A DNA stretch of 64,000 nt, taken from positions 8,160,001 to 8,224,000 of the forward strand of contig CP086569.2 in assembly GCA_009914755.4 (NCBI GenBank), in the 5' to 3' direction. The position numbers and the translations under genes were made by a program. Under the pieces are notes generated by a model. The model did no database searches. It worked only from the letters and a program-made list of their open reading frames with translations, and had not been told where the DNA came from. Origin of the DNA: the human T2T-CHM13v2.0 reference genome, Homo sapiens. Below, in pieces: positions 13,745-26,178 of the stretch; within the stretch, counting starts at the first letter, position 1; each line of letters opens with the position of its first letter.

Positions 13745-14140
13745 TATTCTCTCCAACATCTGCTGTTTCCTGACTTTTTAATGATCGCCATTCTAACTGG
13801 CATGAGATGGTCTCTCATTGTGATTACAGGGTCATGTATGGAGCTGGAAACCATCATACTAAGCAAACTATCACAAGGACAGAAAACCAAACACTGCATG
13901 TTGTCACTCTTAAGTGGGAGTTGAACAATGAGGACACATGGACACAGGGTGAGGAACATCACACTGGTAGGGGGTTGGGGGGCTGGGGAGGGATAGCATT
14001 AGGGGAAATACCTAATGTGAATGGTGAGTTGATGGGTGCAGCAAACCAACATGGCACATGTATCCCTATGTAACAAACCTGCACATTCTGCACCTGTATG
14101 CTAGTGCTTAAAGTACAATAAAAAAATTAAAAAGAAAAAT
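13745..14140 (+). mobile_element. LINE-1 3'-end fragment (ORF2 C-terminus plus 3' UTR) with an internal deletion
   Basis: ctccaacatctgctgtttcctgactttttaatgatcgccattctaactggcatgagatggtctctcattgtg then ggagctggaaaccatcatactaagcaaactatcacaaggacagaaaaccaaacactgcatgttgtcactcttaagtgggagttgaacaatgaggacacatggacacagg ... acctaatgtgaatggtgagttgatgggtgcagcaaaccaacatggcacatgtat...aacaaacctgcacattctgcacctgtatgctagtgcttaaagtacaataaaaaaa. This is canonical L1PA 3'-end sequence. Confidence 0.8.
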
Positions 14141-15390
14141 AGCTCTCCAAACCCAAATACTAAATAAAAAATGAGTATCAAGTGGCCTAGAGTGTAACTT
14201 ACATGAAAACATCACAGATATGTAGCAGATAGTTTCTAAATGCCACCATAAGCCTGGTGGTCTGCAAGAAGCTTAGAAAAACATGGTCTTTGCTTTTCTG
14301 AGTGTGCAGTTGTTACAGGCACATAGATAAATGAGGAATAATAAGTGTGAGAACTGTTGTAATAGGCAAATACAGGAAATATAACTGGAAATATGGGCAA
14401 TGATTTTGACAAAACATTAATAAACAATGAAATGTAAAAAAAAAGACATGATTTTAATAAGCATTTCCTTCTTCATCCCTCCAGAAGAAAACTCATGCCT
14501 CTGCTTCATTGGCTGACATGCTCCTAAGTAGATGTAACAACTCTGATTTGTATTACTCAATCATATTTTCCTCATTTATGAAACACCAGTTCACAGATCC
14601 TTTTGAAGATCAAATGAGAATATTTACTGTTACTGTATTAACTGTCAAGTGCTACACAACTGTTATTGTCTCATGGTGGATTTATACTGTGTATATCACA
14701 TGGTTAGCATAGCATTCTCATAAAGGAAATCTTGAAATGTGTCTGCTGCTCAGTTTTTATTTTTCAAATGTTTCAGTCATTATTATTTATCATATGATTT
14801 CTAGGGGCTTTTGAATTTTAAAGAGAATATATATAAACAGAAAAGAGAAGGACAATGAAATTGTGAGACAACAGTCATAATTTCATTGACTAATTCAATT
14901 GCTTATAAAGTGAGATTAGATTATATTTCTCCTAAAAGATCCTCAGAGAAATTCTAAAATGATGCACCCGCTGTTTGAATGACCATAAACTTGTTGCTTA
15001 AGTTAGAGTTAACTATTTTAAAAGCCTGTAGATACAGTAACAGTTTCATGTATTAAAACAGGGAATACAGGATTTTTAGTACTACTTGCCCTCACCAGAA
15101 AACATCATAACTTTTAAACAGTTCTTTATGTCAAATTAAATTTTTCATTTTTCTACCAAATGTTTTGGATGATGTATGTATTTTTAAATGTATTTTCACC
15201 CTTATTGTACTTCTGTGATAAGCTGAAGACTTAAATTCACATCATAATTATCTTTCAGTCTTATTTGTCTGTTCCAAGTGGTTCACAGAAATAAAGAATT
15301 CCATGTATGCTTGTATCTTTCAGCAACCTTATTTCAGATAACCGTGCCCTTTACTGCATAAATGACATGTACAGGTCCAAAGGCAGCAGC

Positions 15391-15510
15391 GGGAGGAGGA
15401 GGAGGAGTAGGAGGAGGAGAAGAAGAAGGAGAAGGAGAAGGAGAAGGAGAAGGAGAAGGAGAAGGAGAAGGAGAAGGAGAAGAACTGGAAAAGGAAGAGG
15501 AAGAAGAGAA
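15391..15510. repeat. Purine-rich simple repeat (GGA)n/(GAAGGA)n
   Basis: gggaggaggaggaggagtaggaggaggagaagaagaaggagaaggagaaggagaaggagaagg... It is the source of the poly-R / poly-E / poly-L ORFs at 15307-15607. Confidence 0.9.
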
Positions 15511-17416
15511 GTTTCATATCTATACATTTGTAACACTATATCAGAAACTCAGTAGTAATAGTGAAATAAAAAAATTCATAGTCAATTTCATCTCATACCT
15601 AGACTGAAATATGAATCTTGAAAAGGAAGTTAAGAACTTTGGGCTTGTCAAAATTTTCCTATATGATAAAATTATTGGAGACTTTCTCTCACTAGAAAAC
15701 AAACAAAAATCAATGTTTTGTATATGTGTAAATAAAAATATTTTTATTTCTCTCAGTTATGACATGCAAGCAAGTAATAAAGTGAAAGAACAATAATAAA
15801 ATGATATAAGGAAATTTATCTGTATCAAAAAATTTCATTGAGGCTATTAATTTTACAAAAACCATAGAGAATGCTTCATGAAACTACATTATATAGTACT
15901 TTTTAGTATTTTACTTACATTTTAAATCATCAACAAATTAAAGGAAGTTCTTAATAATTATTTATTACCAATAACATGATTCTACTCAAGCAATCCTTTT
16001 GAGATTAAGTATTTTAAATAAAACTTTAAAAACAAATGGTACCGACTGATATCAGCTTTCAATGAAATAATACTTCTGTATTTGTAGTAATGTGAAGTAT
16101 AACTTTCTCCTCACAGTGGATCTTTTATAACATCAGTATTAGTGTTTTCTCTGATATAAACACTGTGATACTCACAGCTTTCCTGTATCCATACATTACA
16201 TGTCTTCGGAGAGTAGGCTTCAAACAGATGGGAAAATTATATTTGTGAAAAAATTCTCGAGAAAGGAATGGTAAAATGGGAGAATAATTTCCAAATTTCT
16301 AACTGTTCATCAATGCATTTGGCTATATTTAGATATAGACAAATATTTTCACACTGCAAGTTTGTGCATGGGTATATAAATGTGTATGTGATACCCATAA
16401 TGTGTGTGTTGTGTAATCTTTTAATTAATCCTCCCTTTTACATGTGGGAAATTTGGTAAGGACTTATCAAGTCCTCAATTTGAAGTGCTATACTCAATTT
16501 GATGTAAAGCCAACAAAATCTCTATCAATATTTCTTTCAGTTAATCCAATAATGTGAACTGCTGATAGCTTCATTCTCTTTGTCTCCTGTTGGCAGCTGA
16601 AAGTTGATTCTCACTCTATTTCAGTGCTCAGGGTGCCATCCACAAGAAACTATCCCCTTGCTGTGGATTGTGACCTCTGACTCCACCACTTTCATCCTAT
16701 AAGAGTCCTATATTTGCATATTTAATGAACTTTGTGCATGGTTAAAAAAATAAAAGTGCAATGAAATGTCAGGCCATGCTGTGAAATGTTCCATTTTTTC
16801 TGTATCTCAAATTCACCTTTCATGTTATAGAGGACAAGAAAAACAATTAAATATGTTTCTTAGTATCCAGTCCAATGCGCCCCTTCTTATTAATATGCCA
16901 AACCACTCCCTTCAAAGCAAGGACCTCTAAACACAGCTAGATGTATCAAAATCTCTTCTAATTAATAGCCATTATGTTAATCACTGCTGTCCAGATCTTG
17001 ACTCTGAAATCCTCAGGTGGAAATTGCTATAATGGTTCAAATTACAGGAATGACTATGTTTCGGCATAATTACTGCTATCATCTTACTGAAAAATATAAC
17101 ATTAGATGGCAACTTTTAGTTAAATAAATCCTATTGATTAATTTTTAATGTTCAGCATTTATGATATTGCACAAGTTTTGATAACTTAAATGGTTAGCTG
17201 AGCAATAACTAAAATAACTCACAGCAATTCAAACATTCATTTACTTACTAGAAGTGCCATACATCATTAACTTCTGATGAAAACAAAGTTGGGAAATTGC
17301 AACTGGCTACTGAAATATGTATTTCAGGGTATTTTATAAAACTATCTGTGCCATGTATGATGCCTTACCTGCAAGATAAACCTGTAACATATATAAAAAT
17401 AAATGTCTTTGGTTCT

Positions 17417-17689
17417 TTTTTTTTTTTTTTTTTTTTTTTTGAGACGGAGTCTCGCTGTCGCCCACGCTGGAGTGCAGTGGCGCAATCTCGGCTCACTGCA
17501 GCCTCCGCCCCCTGGGGTTCACGCCATTCTCCTGCCTCAGCCTCCCGAGTAGCTGGGACTACAGGCGCCCGCCACCTCGCCCGGCTAATTTTTTGTATTT
17601 TTAGTAGAGACGGGGTTTCACCGTGTTAGCCAGGATGGTCTCGATCTCCTGACCTCGTGATCCGCCCGCCTCGGCCTCCCAAAGTGCTG
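17417..17689 (-). mobile_element. Young AluY (antisense), 5'-truncated by ~35 bp, flanked by a 15-bp target-site duplication
   Basis: A 24-nt poly-T, then gagacggagtctcgctgtcgcccacgctggagtgcagtggcgcaatctcggctcactgcagcctccgcc...ggcgcccgccacctcgcccggctaattttttgtatttttagtagagacggggtttcaccgtgttagccaggatggtctcgatctcctgacctcgtgatccgcccgcctcggcctcccaaagtgctg. CpG dinucleotides are largely intact, which fits a near-consensus AluY. Direct repeats aatgtctttggttct lie at 17402-17416 and 17690-17704. Confidence 0.9.
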
Positions 17690-17956
17690 AATGTCTTTGG
17701 TTCTTAATATCTCTCTACATTTGTCTTCATAACCTCAAGACAAAAACACCCATGTACTCGACTTTCAGCTGAGTTGACTACCAGTTATTAGAGTTTAAGT
17801 AAACAGAATAAAGATTTCAAAATTTGGTGATCAAATATGGGAAATCACACTCTCACCATAAGAAATAATTATTCTCAAGTGCCACTGCACATGCAAAATT
17901 GAAAGAAGAAACTAAGTCTAATATATTGCAATATTCTCAAATTTAAAATTTCCTCT

Positions 17957-18262
17957 TGGAGTTCTGGTGGTTCATGCCTGAAATTGCAGATCTTTGGGAG
18001 GCTGAGAAGGGAGGATTGTTTCAAGCCCAAAGTTTGAGACCAGCACAGGCAACATAGCAAGACCTATCTCTACAAATGTAACTAACTGATTAATTAAATA
18101 CATTGGACATGATGGCACACATCTGTTGTTCTATTTATTTAGGAGTGGAAGGTTGTAGTGAACTGTGATCGCACACTGCACTTCAGCCTGAGCCATGGGG
18201 CAAGACTTTGTCTCTACAAAATATTTCAATACAATAAAACAAAATAAATTAAAATAAAAACA
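17957..18262 (+). mobile_element. Alu SINE (old, AluJ-like), sense orientation
   Basis: ggagttctggtggttcatgcctgaaattgcagatctttgggaggctgagaagggaggattgtttcaagcccaaagtttgagaccagcacaggcaacatagcaagacctatctctacaaa ... gtgaactgtgatcgcacactgcacttcagcctgagccatggggcaagactttgtctc, followed by an A-rich tail. Confidence 0.7.
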
Positions 18263-19449
18263 CTTTCAGATGTTTTTTGGAAGTTCATATAATTGCTCCA
18301 AAAGAATACACAGTTTAAAGCTGATCAGTTCATGGGGAATGGGCATTGAACATTGTTTATATTGTTTTCCAAAAATTATGATAAATATGTTAGAATATTA
18401 TATATAAATATCTAACAACATTTTGTAAAATAAGTATTGATAAATGTCAAGCCATTGTGCTTATAGACTTTTCCTTCAAAATATTCATAGTTTAATTGGA
18501 GAATGAAGAGGAAAGTAATAATTGCAATGTACTCTGACAAGTGTTACAATATATACAATTTCGTAACTTAGTTGGAGAGGAAGGAAGTTCTTAACTGGGT
18601 TTGCAGGGATGTGGGCAACCTTCTTAGGGCAGGAACAATTGACTGCATCTGTAAGTATACCAATTTGCAAGAAGAATGGGAGAATAACATTGTATAAAAA
18701 AAGAAACATTCTTTCTATCAATGATAAAAGTACTAACAGTGCATATGATGCCATCTGCCCAATTCTTACATCATACTAGCTCCATAAATATTTCTTGAAA
18801 GAATCCATGAATGGAAAATATTGGGAAAAGGATTCATGAGGGGATTTTCAAAATCCTATAAAGGAAAGGTAAGTACACTGTACTTCACAATTTTGTCTGC
18901 TCTTCTTTACATTCTTGTTGTTTACTACCTCATAAGCTCTGTTTTACTTTTTGGTTTTTTCACAAATATCATGCATAAATTGTTCCTGAGACTACTTTCT
19001 CTTTATCCCTTGATACTATGTTTGTCTCTGTTACTCCTTTATGTGAGGTCCTGGGTTTGTATGCCCACAGCTACATCTTTTACCTCTCCCTATCACTGTT
19101 CTGTAAAAGAGAGGCCTGGCCCCTCGGAGGCATGGTTCCTAGGCTCCCGTAAAAATTACTTCCTGTTTCAGTTCAGCCAAGGGGTGACAATGCAGAGATT
19201 AGATAACAAGAAGATGAGAGAAGCCAGTTTGTTTCCCTTTCCTTCTCAGTAGGGGATATGTTTCTGCAGTGATTCTATGGCCTGCAGGACATGCTCCATG
19301 TGCTTCCATTTTCCATGTAGTGACCCTAATCCTAAATTGGCTCTTCTAATGCCATTTTATCCAGTTGTCTTCTCTAAAGGATTTGGGTACTATTTTTGGA
19401 GTTTTAAATTAAAAAAAAAATTGATATGGAAGGAGGGCAGGGAAATGGC

Positions 19450-20354
19450 TGTTAGAGAATGGTGTGGTTCTTGGCTATGGGTCCACCCTCAGGCCTGTGC
19501 TCACTGAACTAGATGAGTACATGCACTACTGTTTTCTTGCCCAAATTCTTGAGGACTTGTGCTTCTGTTTTTTTTTGCCAAAGTGTTGCATTTTCTAAGA
19601 CCACCCTGGCCTGCCATACCCCCATCCTGTGCTATAAGAAACCCCGAGACCCTAGCTGGCAGAAACACAGCAGCTAGGCGTCGAGAGGAACCATCAGCAG
19701 AGGAAGGCACAGCAACTGGACCTTGAAAGGATACCAGAGAAAGGAGAACACAAGGACTGGCAGCAGACCATCCACCAAAGAAGAACAGGGAGTTCCACGG
19801 GGCTGTTGAGGGGGAGCGCTGAGCTGCCCCATTCTAAGGGAAAACGACCTTCCCACTCCATCTTCCTTCTGGCTCCCCATTCACCTGCTGAGAACTTCCA
19901 CTCAGTGAAACCTTGCACTTATTCTCCAAGCCCACATGTGAGCCAATTCTTCAGGTACACCAAAGCAGGAAACCCCAGGATCCAGAAAGCCCACTGTCTT
20001 TGCAGTAAGGCAGGGTGTCTAATAGAGCTAACACAAGCCACCTACAGATGGAGAAACTAAATTATCACTGTGTAACATATGCCCACTGGGTATTCAGGAA
20101 CTATAAACATTCACCCTTAGATGCTGCCTGGGGTCAAACCCCTACAACCTGTCCTCATTGCTCACCCAGAGGTGGAGGATAAGGGATGTTTTCCCATTTC
20201 AATGAGTCTGTTTCCAATGCAGTGTGCTTTCTGCAATACTGCAGTGTTATCTCATTGCATATATTTGACAAAATAAGTTACAAACTATAACTAAAGTGAG
20301 AAGAAAATAAATGGTGGATAATAAGGAAGTAATATGAAACATTGTGTTTCACAA
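19450..20354. repeat. Unclassified interspersed repeat / possible solitary LTR directly abutting the start of the macrosatellite
   Basis: No similarity to the 2.45-kb unit. Read on the minus strand it has an LTR-like look (AATAAA-like and TG...CA-type features). I cannot assign a family from memory. Confidence 0.2.
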
Positions 20355-23300
20355 TGAAGTCCCCATGGGACCCGATTCTTGCACCCAGCCTCTTTTGGGA
20401 AAGAAGTCAGAAGAGCAGTTTCCAGAGACCATGTTACAGTCTCAGATACCTCCTTCTCCACCAGGACCCCACTACCAAGATGACTGGAAGTAGCAATAAG
20501 GTCAAGACTTTTAGGGTCCTGCAGTAGGTTATCACAGGCAGCCTTTTTCCCAATACCAGGCCGGCTTTGACTGTACCATTTTCCTCTGCTTTGGCAGGCT
20601 GACAGCTCAGACAGCCAAGTGCCAGAGTCTGCCTCACAAATGTGCATGCGCTATTTTCAAAGCACCAGGCCTAAACAGTGAGCTATGACTGGTGTCACAT
20701 TGAATGCCATTGTTGCCCAGAGACAAGTCACGGTGGCTTGGAGGAGAATTAGACCTCCATGGAGATGCATCAATGGTGGACTCTCACCTGTCTTCTCTGT
20801 GGGATCCAAGGGCAGTCCCATGATTCTAGGAGAGGGTAGACATGAGACAGTCTGAAGAAACATCAAGCAGAGTCCCAGGAATGAACCACAAAATCCTTAA
20901 GGATCCAAAAGAATCTGCAGGATTCCTCAGGTCTGCTTAGATGTTGTACAGTTGACTTTTTTTTAAACTTGTCCAATGGCGATTACTAGATACAGCCCGC
21001 CCGTGTTACCTGGCATTGCTCTCTCCCAGTTGGGTCTTCCTGCAGAAACACAGCTGAAGGAAGAACCTCATAAGCTGCAGGGCTGTGTGTTTCTGTATGA
21101 GTGTTGTGAGTGTTTGATGTCTGCTTTGCGTGTGTGGCTTAATGTATTTGTGGGTGTGTGTGTGGGAGTGTGTGCCTGTAAGTGGAGTCTGATTAAAGTA
21201 ATGTGGCTATCCCATTGCAGTGCTTCTTTTTTTGAAGTAACCCAACATTCTGGTGGCCTGTGGGTAGCTCTGCTTGGGCTGCAGAATTCCATGTTCTTTA
21301 TTTTTCTGTGGATCTTGAATTCATAATGAGTTGCGAGTCTGGCTAAGACCCGCCAGGGTCAAAATCACCTTCCCGTAAAAAACAAACAAACAAACAAACA
21401 AACAAACAAACAAACAGCTATTCTTCTAGAAAGAAGAGGAGGACATCATACCCAAGAACTAACATCTCCTTGTGTTTCATTGTCCCGCAGCCAACCCAGG
21501 GAGAGACACCAGCAGTCTTGTCCGCAGGACCCCTTGAATTTACCTCAAATTTGGTTCCCAGCTGAGCCAGTGCTTAAAGTCATCAGAGAACACTCCTCCA
21601 CTGTGTTGAGATTTCATTGTGGGTCAGAGAGTGTGAGCAGCAATAAGGTCAGATGGGGTGAGGATACAATCTGGTGAGGGGTGGATGGGGTCCTACACCT
21701 TCATTTGCAAAAAAGGTGAAGACAAATGACACAGAAGGTGCTTCCAACTGCATCCCTGCATCCTCTTAATTGCACCAGCGGTCTACACCATGGCTGTGTA
21801 TTCATCTGGGAGTACTCCAATGTGCATGGAACATTTGGAATGCAAACGGGCCATCCTGGCAAATTCCCAATTTGAGGGCTTTCATTCCCATAGCCAAATG
21901 GGAATGGCATGGATTAATGCTGAATAGAATGTGTTCTCCATGATTGGCTATTCTTTTCCTGACTTCCATGCTCCTTGTCTGCCTAGGATTTCCTGGATCT
22001 GGCTAAATGTCTTACACACTAACTGTTTCCCAGTTCACGGAAGATGACCATCATGGGAATCCATTGCTTGAGTGTGTCCTTCTAAACACTGTCATCTTTT
22101 AATGACTGGGCTTCTTGACACCTTTAACATTTTAATGTGTATTTCTGTTATTGTAAATTTCTGTTACAGACATGAGAAAGAAAACCCTTGTTCTCCCAGT
22201 TCCATCAGATGTCTGCATGATTCCTGTAGGGTGAGAAGCAGGTAGGCATGTCTGGATTTTTTCCTGGTAATCTAGGCTGCATTTCATTGCATCTGCACAT
22301 CCTTTCTCTTTGTGGAGGGAGTATTTCATTGAGCTGTTTCTGGATGTGACTGCCTTTCACCAAAGATCTCTTGGCTGCCAGGGATTTCAGGGGGCAAAGA
22401 GAAGTCGGGTAGGCTGGCTGCACTTCAGGGTGTTGGTCATGGTCTCTTTGTTGGGGCTGAGGTTATTTACACTTTGCAGGAGGCTTTTGGATCATCTGAC
22501 TAGAATGTTTGAATGTCATTTGGACTTCAGCACAAGTCAGCTCATTCTCTCAGGTGAGATTTGATTTTTCTTTCTTTCATAGTGGGTCCACAGTGACTTT
22601 CAACAACACTACTGGACATAATTTTCAGGCTTGCAATCACAACAGATGGCCTCTGACACAGTGTCTTAACCAAATCTGCATCTGTGAGCCCCCAGTTTGA
22701 GGTGTGAGAGCACAGCTCCACCTTGGATTTGCCTTCTTCATGGTCTCTGCCTTTCCCAGACAGTTCTTGTGGGGTCCAGGTTCAAGGGAGGAAGTGAGGT
22801 AAAGGACACAGCCTTCTTTCACTGACACCCACCTCTGGGGTCTCAGGTATGATTCTACCCATCAAAAATCCCTCAAAAACTCACTGGACTATATTCCAAA
22901 CCCAAAGGACCTGATTCTTGCACACAGCCTCTTTCAGGAATGGCGTCAGAAGAGCAGTTTCCAGGGACCCTCTTACTGTCTCAAAACTGCTTCTCCAGCA
23001 GTACTAAAACGGCCCAACAGATCCGTAAGGTTGAGACTTACAGGGTCCCACAGAGTGTTATTGCAGGCAGCCTTTCTCCCGATACCAGGCCGGCTCCGCC
23101 TGTACCATTTTCCTCTGCTTAGGAAGGCTCACGTATCTGAGAGTTGGGCATCCACCCCTGCCTCTCAAATGCCTGCGCACTATTCTCCTGACACCAGGTC
23201 TGAGATGTGAGCTCTGTGTGGCGTCATAATAAATGACACCATTGCCTAGTGAAAAGTCATTGCAGTTTGGTGCAGAAGGATAGCTCCGTGGAGGTGTGTC

Positions 23301-26147
23301 GGGGGTGGATTGTCACCTCTTTTCTTTGTGGGATGCATGGGATAGTCCCATGATCCTAGGAGAGGGCAGACATGTGCCAGCCTGAAGAATCATCAAGCAA
23401 TGTCCTAGCAATAAACAGTGAAATTCCTAAGGATCCAAAAGAATCAGAAGGATGGCTCAGGCCTGCCTACATGTTACAGTGGTGAGTTCTTTAGAAACTT
23501 GCCCCACTGTGATTTCTAGGTACAACCCGCCTGTGTTCCTGGGGTTGCTCTCTCCATAGTGGGGATTTCTGCTGAACCATGCAGCCTCAGAAGCTGCTGG
23601 GCTGTGTGTTTTTGTGGGAGTGTTGCTAGTGTTGGATGTCTGCCTTTTTGTGTGGTTTTGTGTGCTTGTGTGGTGTGTGTGTGCGTGTGTGCGTGTGTTC
23701 CTGTAAGTGGAGTCTGCTTACATAAATGTGGCTAATGCACTGAAGACCTTATTTAGGTTGAGTCCCCCAAGCATTTGGTGGCCTGTGTGGCTCTGCCTGG
23801 GCTGTGAGACTCTGTGTTCTTTATTTTCCTATGGATAAAGAATCTGCAGTGATTTGAGAGGCTGGCTGTGACCTGTCCAGGTGCAAATCACCTACCCCTG
23901 AAATAAAAGCCACTCTTCTTCAAAGAAGAGGATCACACATTACCCAAGAATGGACATCTCCCAGTGTTTCACTGTCCTGTGGCCAAGCCCAAGAGAGACA
24001 CTAGCAGTCCTACATGCAGGGCCTTTTGAAATTACCTCAAATTTAGTTAGCTGCTGAGTAGGTGCTTCCTGTCATGAGGCAGCACTCCTCAACAATTTGA
24101 GTGTTGTTGAAAGTCACTGTGGACCGACTATGAAAGAAAGAAAAAATGAATAAGGTCAGAGAGGCATGAGGATGCAGTCTGGTTAGGATTGGATGGGGTC
24201 CTGCACCTTCACCTGCAAAAAAAAGGTGAAGCATGCTGACACAGAAGTTTCTTCCAGCTGAATTCCCACATTCCTTTAGTTGCACAAGCAGTCCACACCA
24301 TGGCCCGGTGTTCAGGAGGGAGTACTCCAACGTACAAAAAACATTTGGAGTGCAAATTGGGGCCATCTCGGCAAACTCCCAATTTGAGGGCTTTTATACC
24401 CAGAGCCAAATGGGAGTGGTATGGATTGATGCTGGGTGGGATGTGGCCTCCGGACTTGCATCTTCTTATCCTGACTTCCATATTCCTCGTCTGCCTCGTG
24501 TATCCTGGGTCCGGCTCACTGTCTTCCACACTACACATTTCTCAGTTCACCGACAATGACCCTCATGAAAATCCATTGCATGAGTGTTTCCTTCTAAACA
24601 CTGTCATGTTTTAAAAACTGGACATTTTCAATAGTTTTAAAATCATAAATTCCTGTTACAGTGCCAGCAAGGAAACTCTTGTTCTCCCACTTATATTGGC
24701 GGGCTGCATGATTCTGGTAGGATGAGAAGCAGGCAGGCATGTCTAGCTTTTTCCTGGAAATCTAGCCTCAGTTTTATTTCAACTACATGGACCTCTCATT
24801 GTGGAGGGGCTCTTTTGTTGGGCTGTTGCTTGATGGAACTGTCTCTTGCCACAGATTGTTTAGCTGCCAGGGATTTCAGAGAGCAAAAGGAACTTCAGGT
24901 AGGCTGGCTACCTTCCAGGTTGTGGGTCATGGTCTCATTTTGGGGGCTTAGGTTCTTTGCACTTTGCAGGAGACTTTTGGGTCCTCTGACAGGAATCATT
25001 GAGCATTGCATGGACTCCAGCACAAGGCAGCTCATTCTCTCAGGCGAGCCTTGATTTTTCTTTGCTTTCATGGGGAATCCACAGTGCCCTACATCAGCAC
25101 TAATGGACATCCCTTTTAGGCTTGCCATAGCCACAGATGGTCATTGAGACATTGTCTCAACCTCATCTGCACCCAGGAAGGGCCAGTCTGAGGTGTAAGA
25201 ACACACTCCACCTTGGACATGCCTTTGTAGTGGTTCCTGCCTTTCCCAAAAAGCCCCTGCAAGGCCCAGGATGAAGGGAGGCAGTGAGGTCCAAAGCCCA
25301 GTCATCTTTCACTGACACCCACCTCTGGGGTCTCAGTATGATTCTATTACCCAAAGCGCCCTCAACCACACACCAGACTATATACAAATTGTCATGAGAC
25401 CAGATTCTGCCTCATAGCCTCTCTCATAATGGAGTCAGAAGAGCAGTTTCTAGTGATCACCTCAGAGTCTCTAAATGCCTCCTCCTCCTGCAAGACTCGA
25501 ACACGCAGGTGGCCTGAAATGGCTCTGAGGCTGTGACTTTTAGGGTCCCACTGTGGGTTTCACAGGCAGCCTTTTTCCCAATACCAGGCCGGCTCTACCT
25601 GTACTGTTTTTCTCTGCTTAGGCAGGCTGACTTTCTTACAGCAGAGTGGCTGAGCCTGCCTCACAAATGCACATGTGCTAGTCTCAGGGCACCTGGCCTG
25701 ATTGTGAGTGCTGGCTAGTGTCACAGTGAATGTCACCATTGGCTAGCGACAAGTCCCTGAAGCTTGGCAGAGTAGGAAACCTCCATGGAGGTTCATCAGC
25801 TGTGGACTCTCACCTGTTTTCTCTGTGGGATCCATGGGTTAGTCCCATGATTCTAGGACAGGGCAAACATGAGTCAGCCTCAGAAAACATCAGAACCTCA
25901 GGAATAAACCATGATATTCTTAAGGTTCCAAAAAAGTCTGCTGGATTATTCAGGCCTGCCTAGATATTTTAGGGGTGAGTCTTTTGGAAATTGCCCCACT
26001 GTGATTTCTAGGTACAGCCTGCCTGTGTTCCCTGGGGTTGCTTTCTATGAAATGGGGCTTCCTGCAGAAACACGTGGACTCAGGTGCTGATGGGCTGTGT
26101 GTTTCTATGGGATTCTTGCAAGTGTTGGATATCTCCCTGTGTGTGGT

Positions 26148-26178
<31 letters not shown>

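Noticed and set aside
15307-15607. ORFs encoding poly-Arg, poly-Glu/Gly and poly-Leu runs.
   Set aside because: Artefacts of the (GGA)n/(GAAGGA)n purine microsatellite.
17297-17629. 110-aa ORF (…[59 protein letters not shown]…).
   Set aside because: Read-through of the poly-T tail and body of the antisense AluY. This is a typical Alu-derived ORF.
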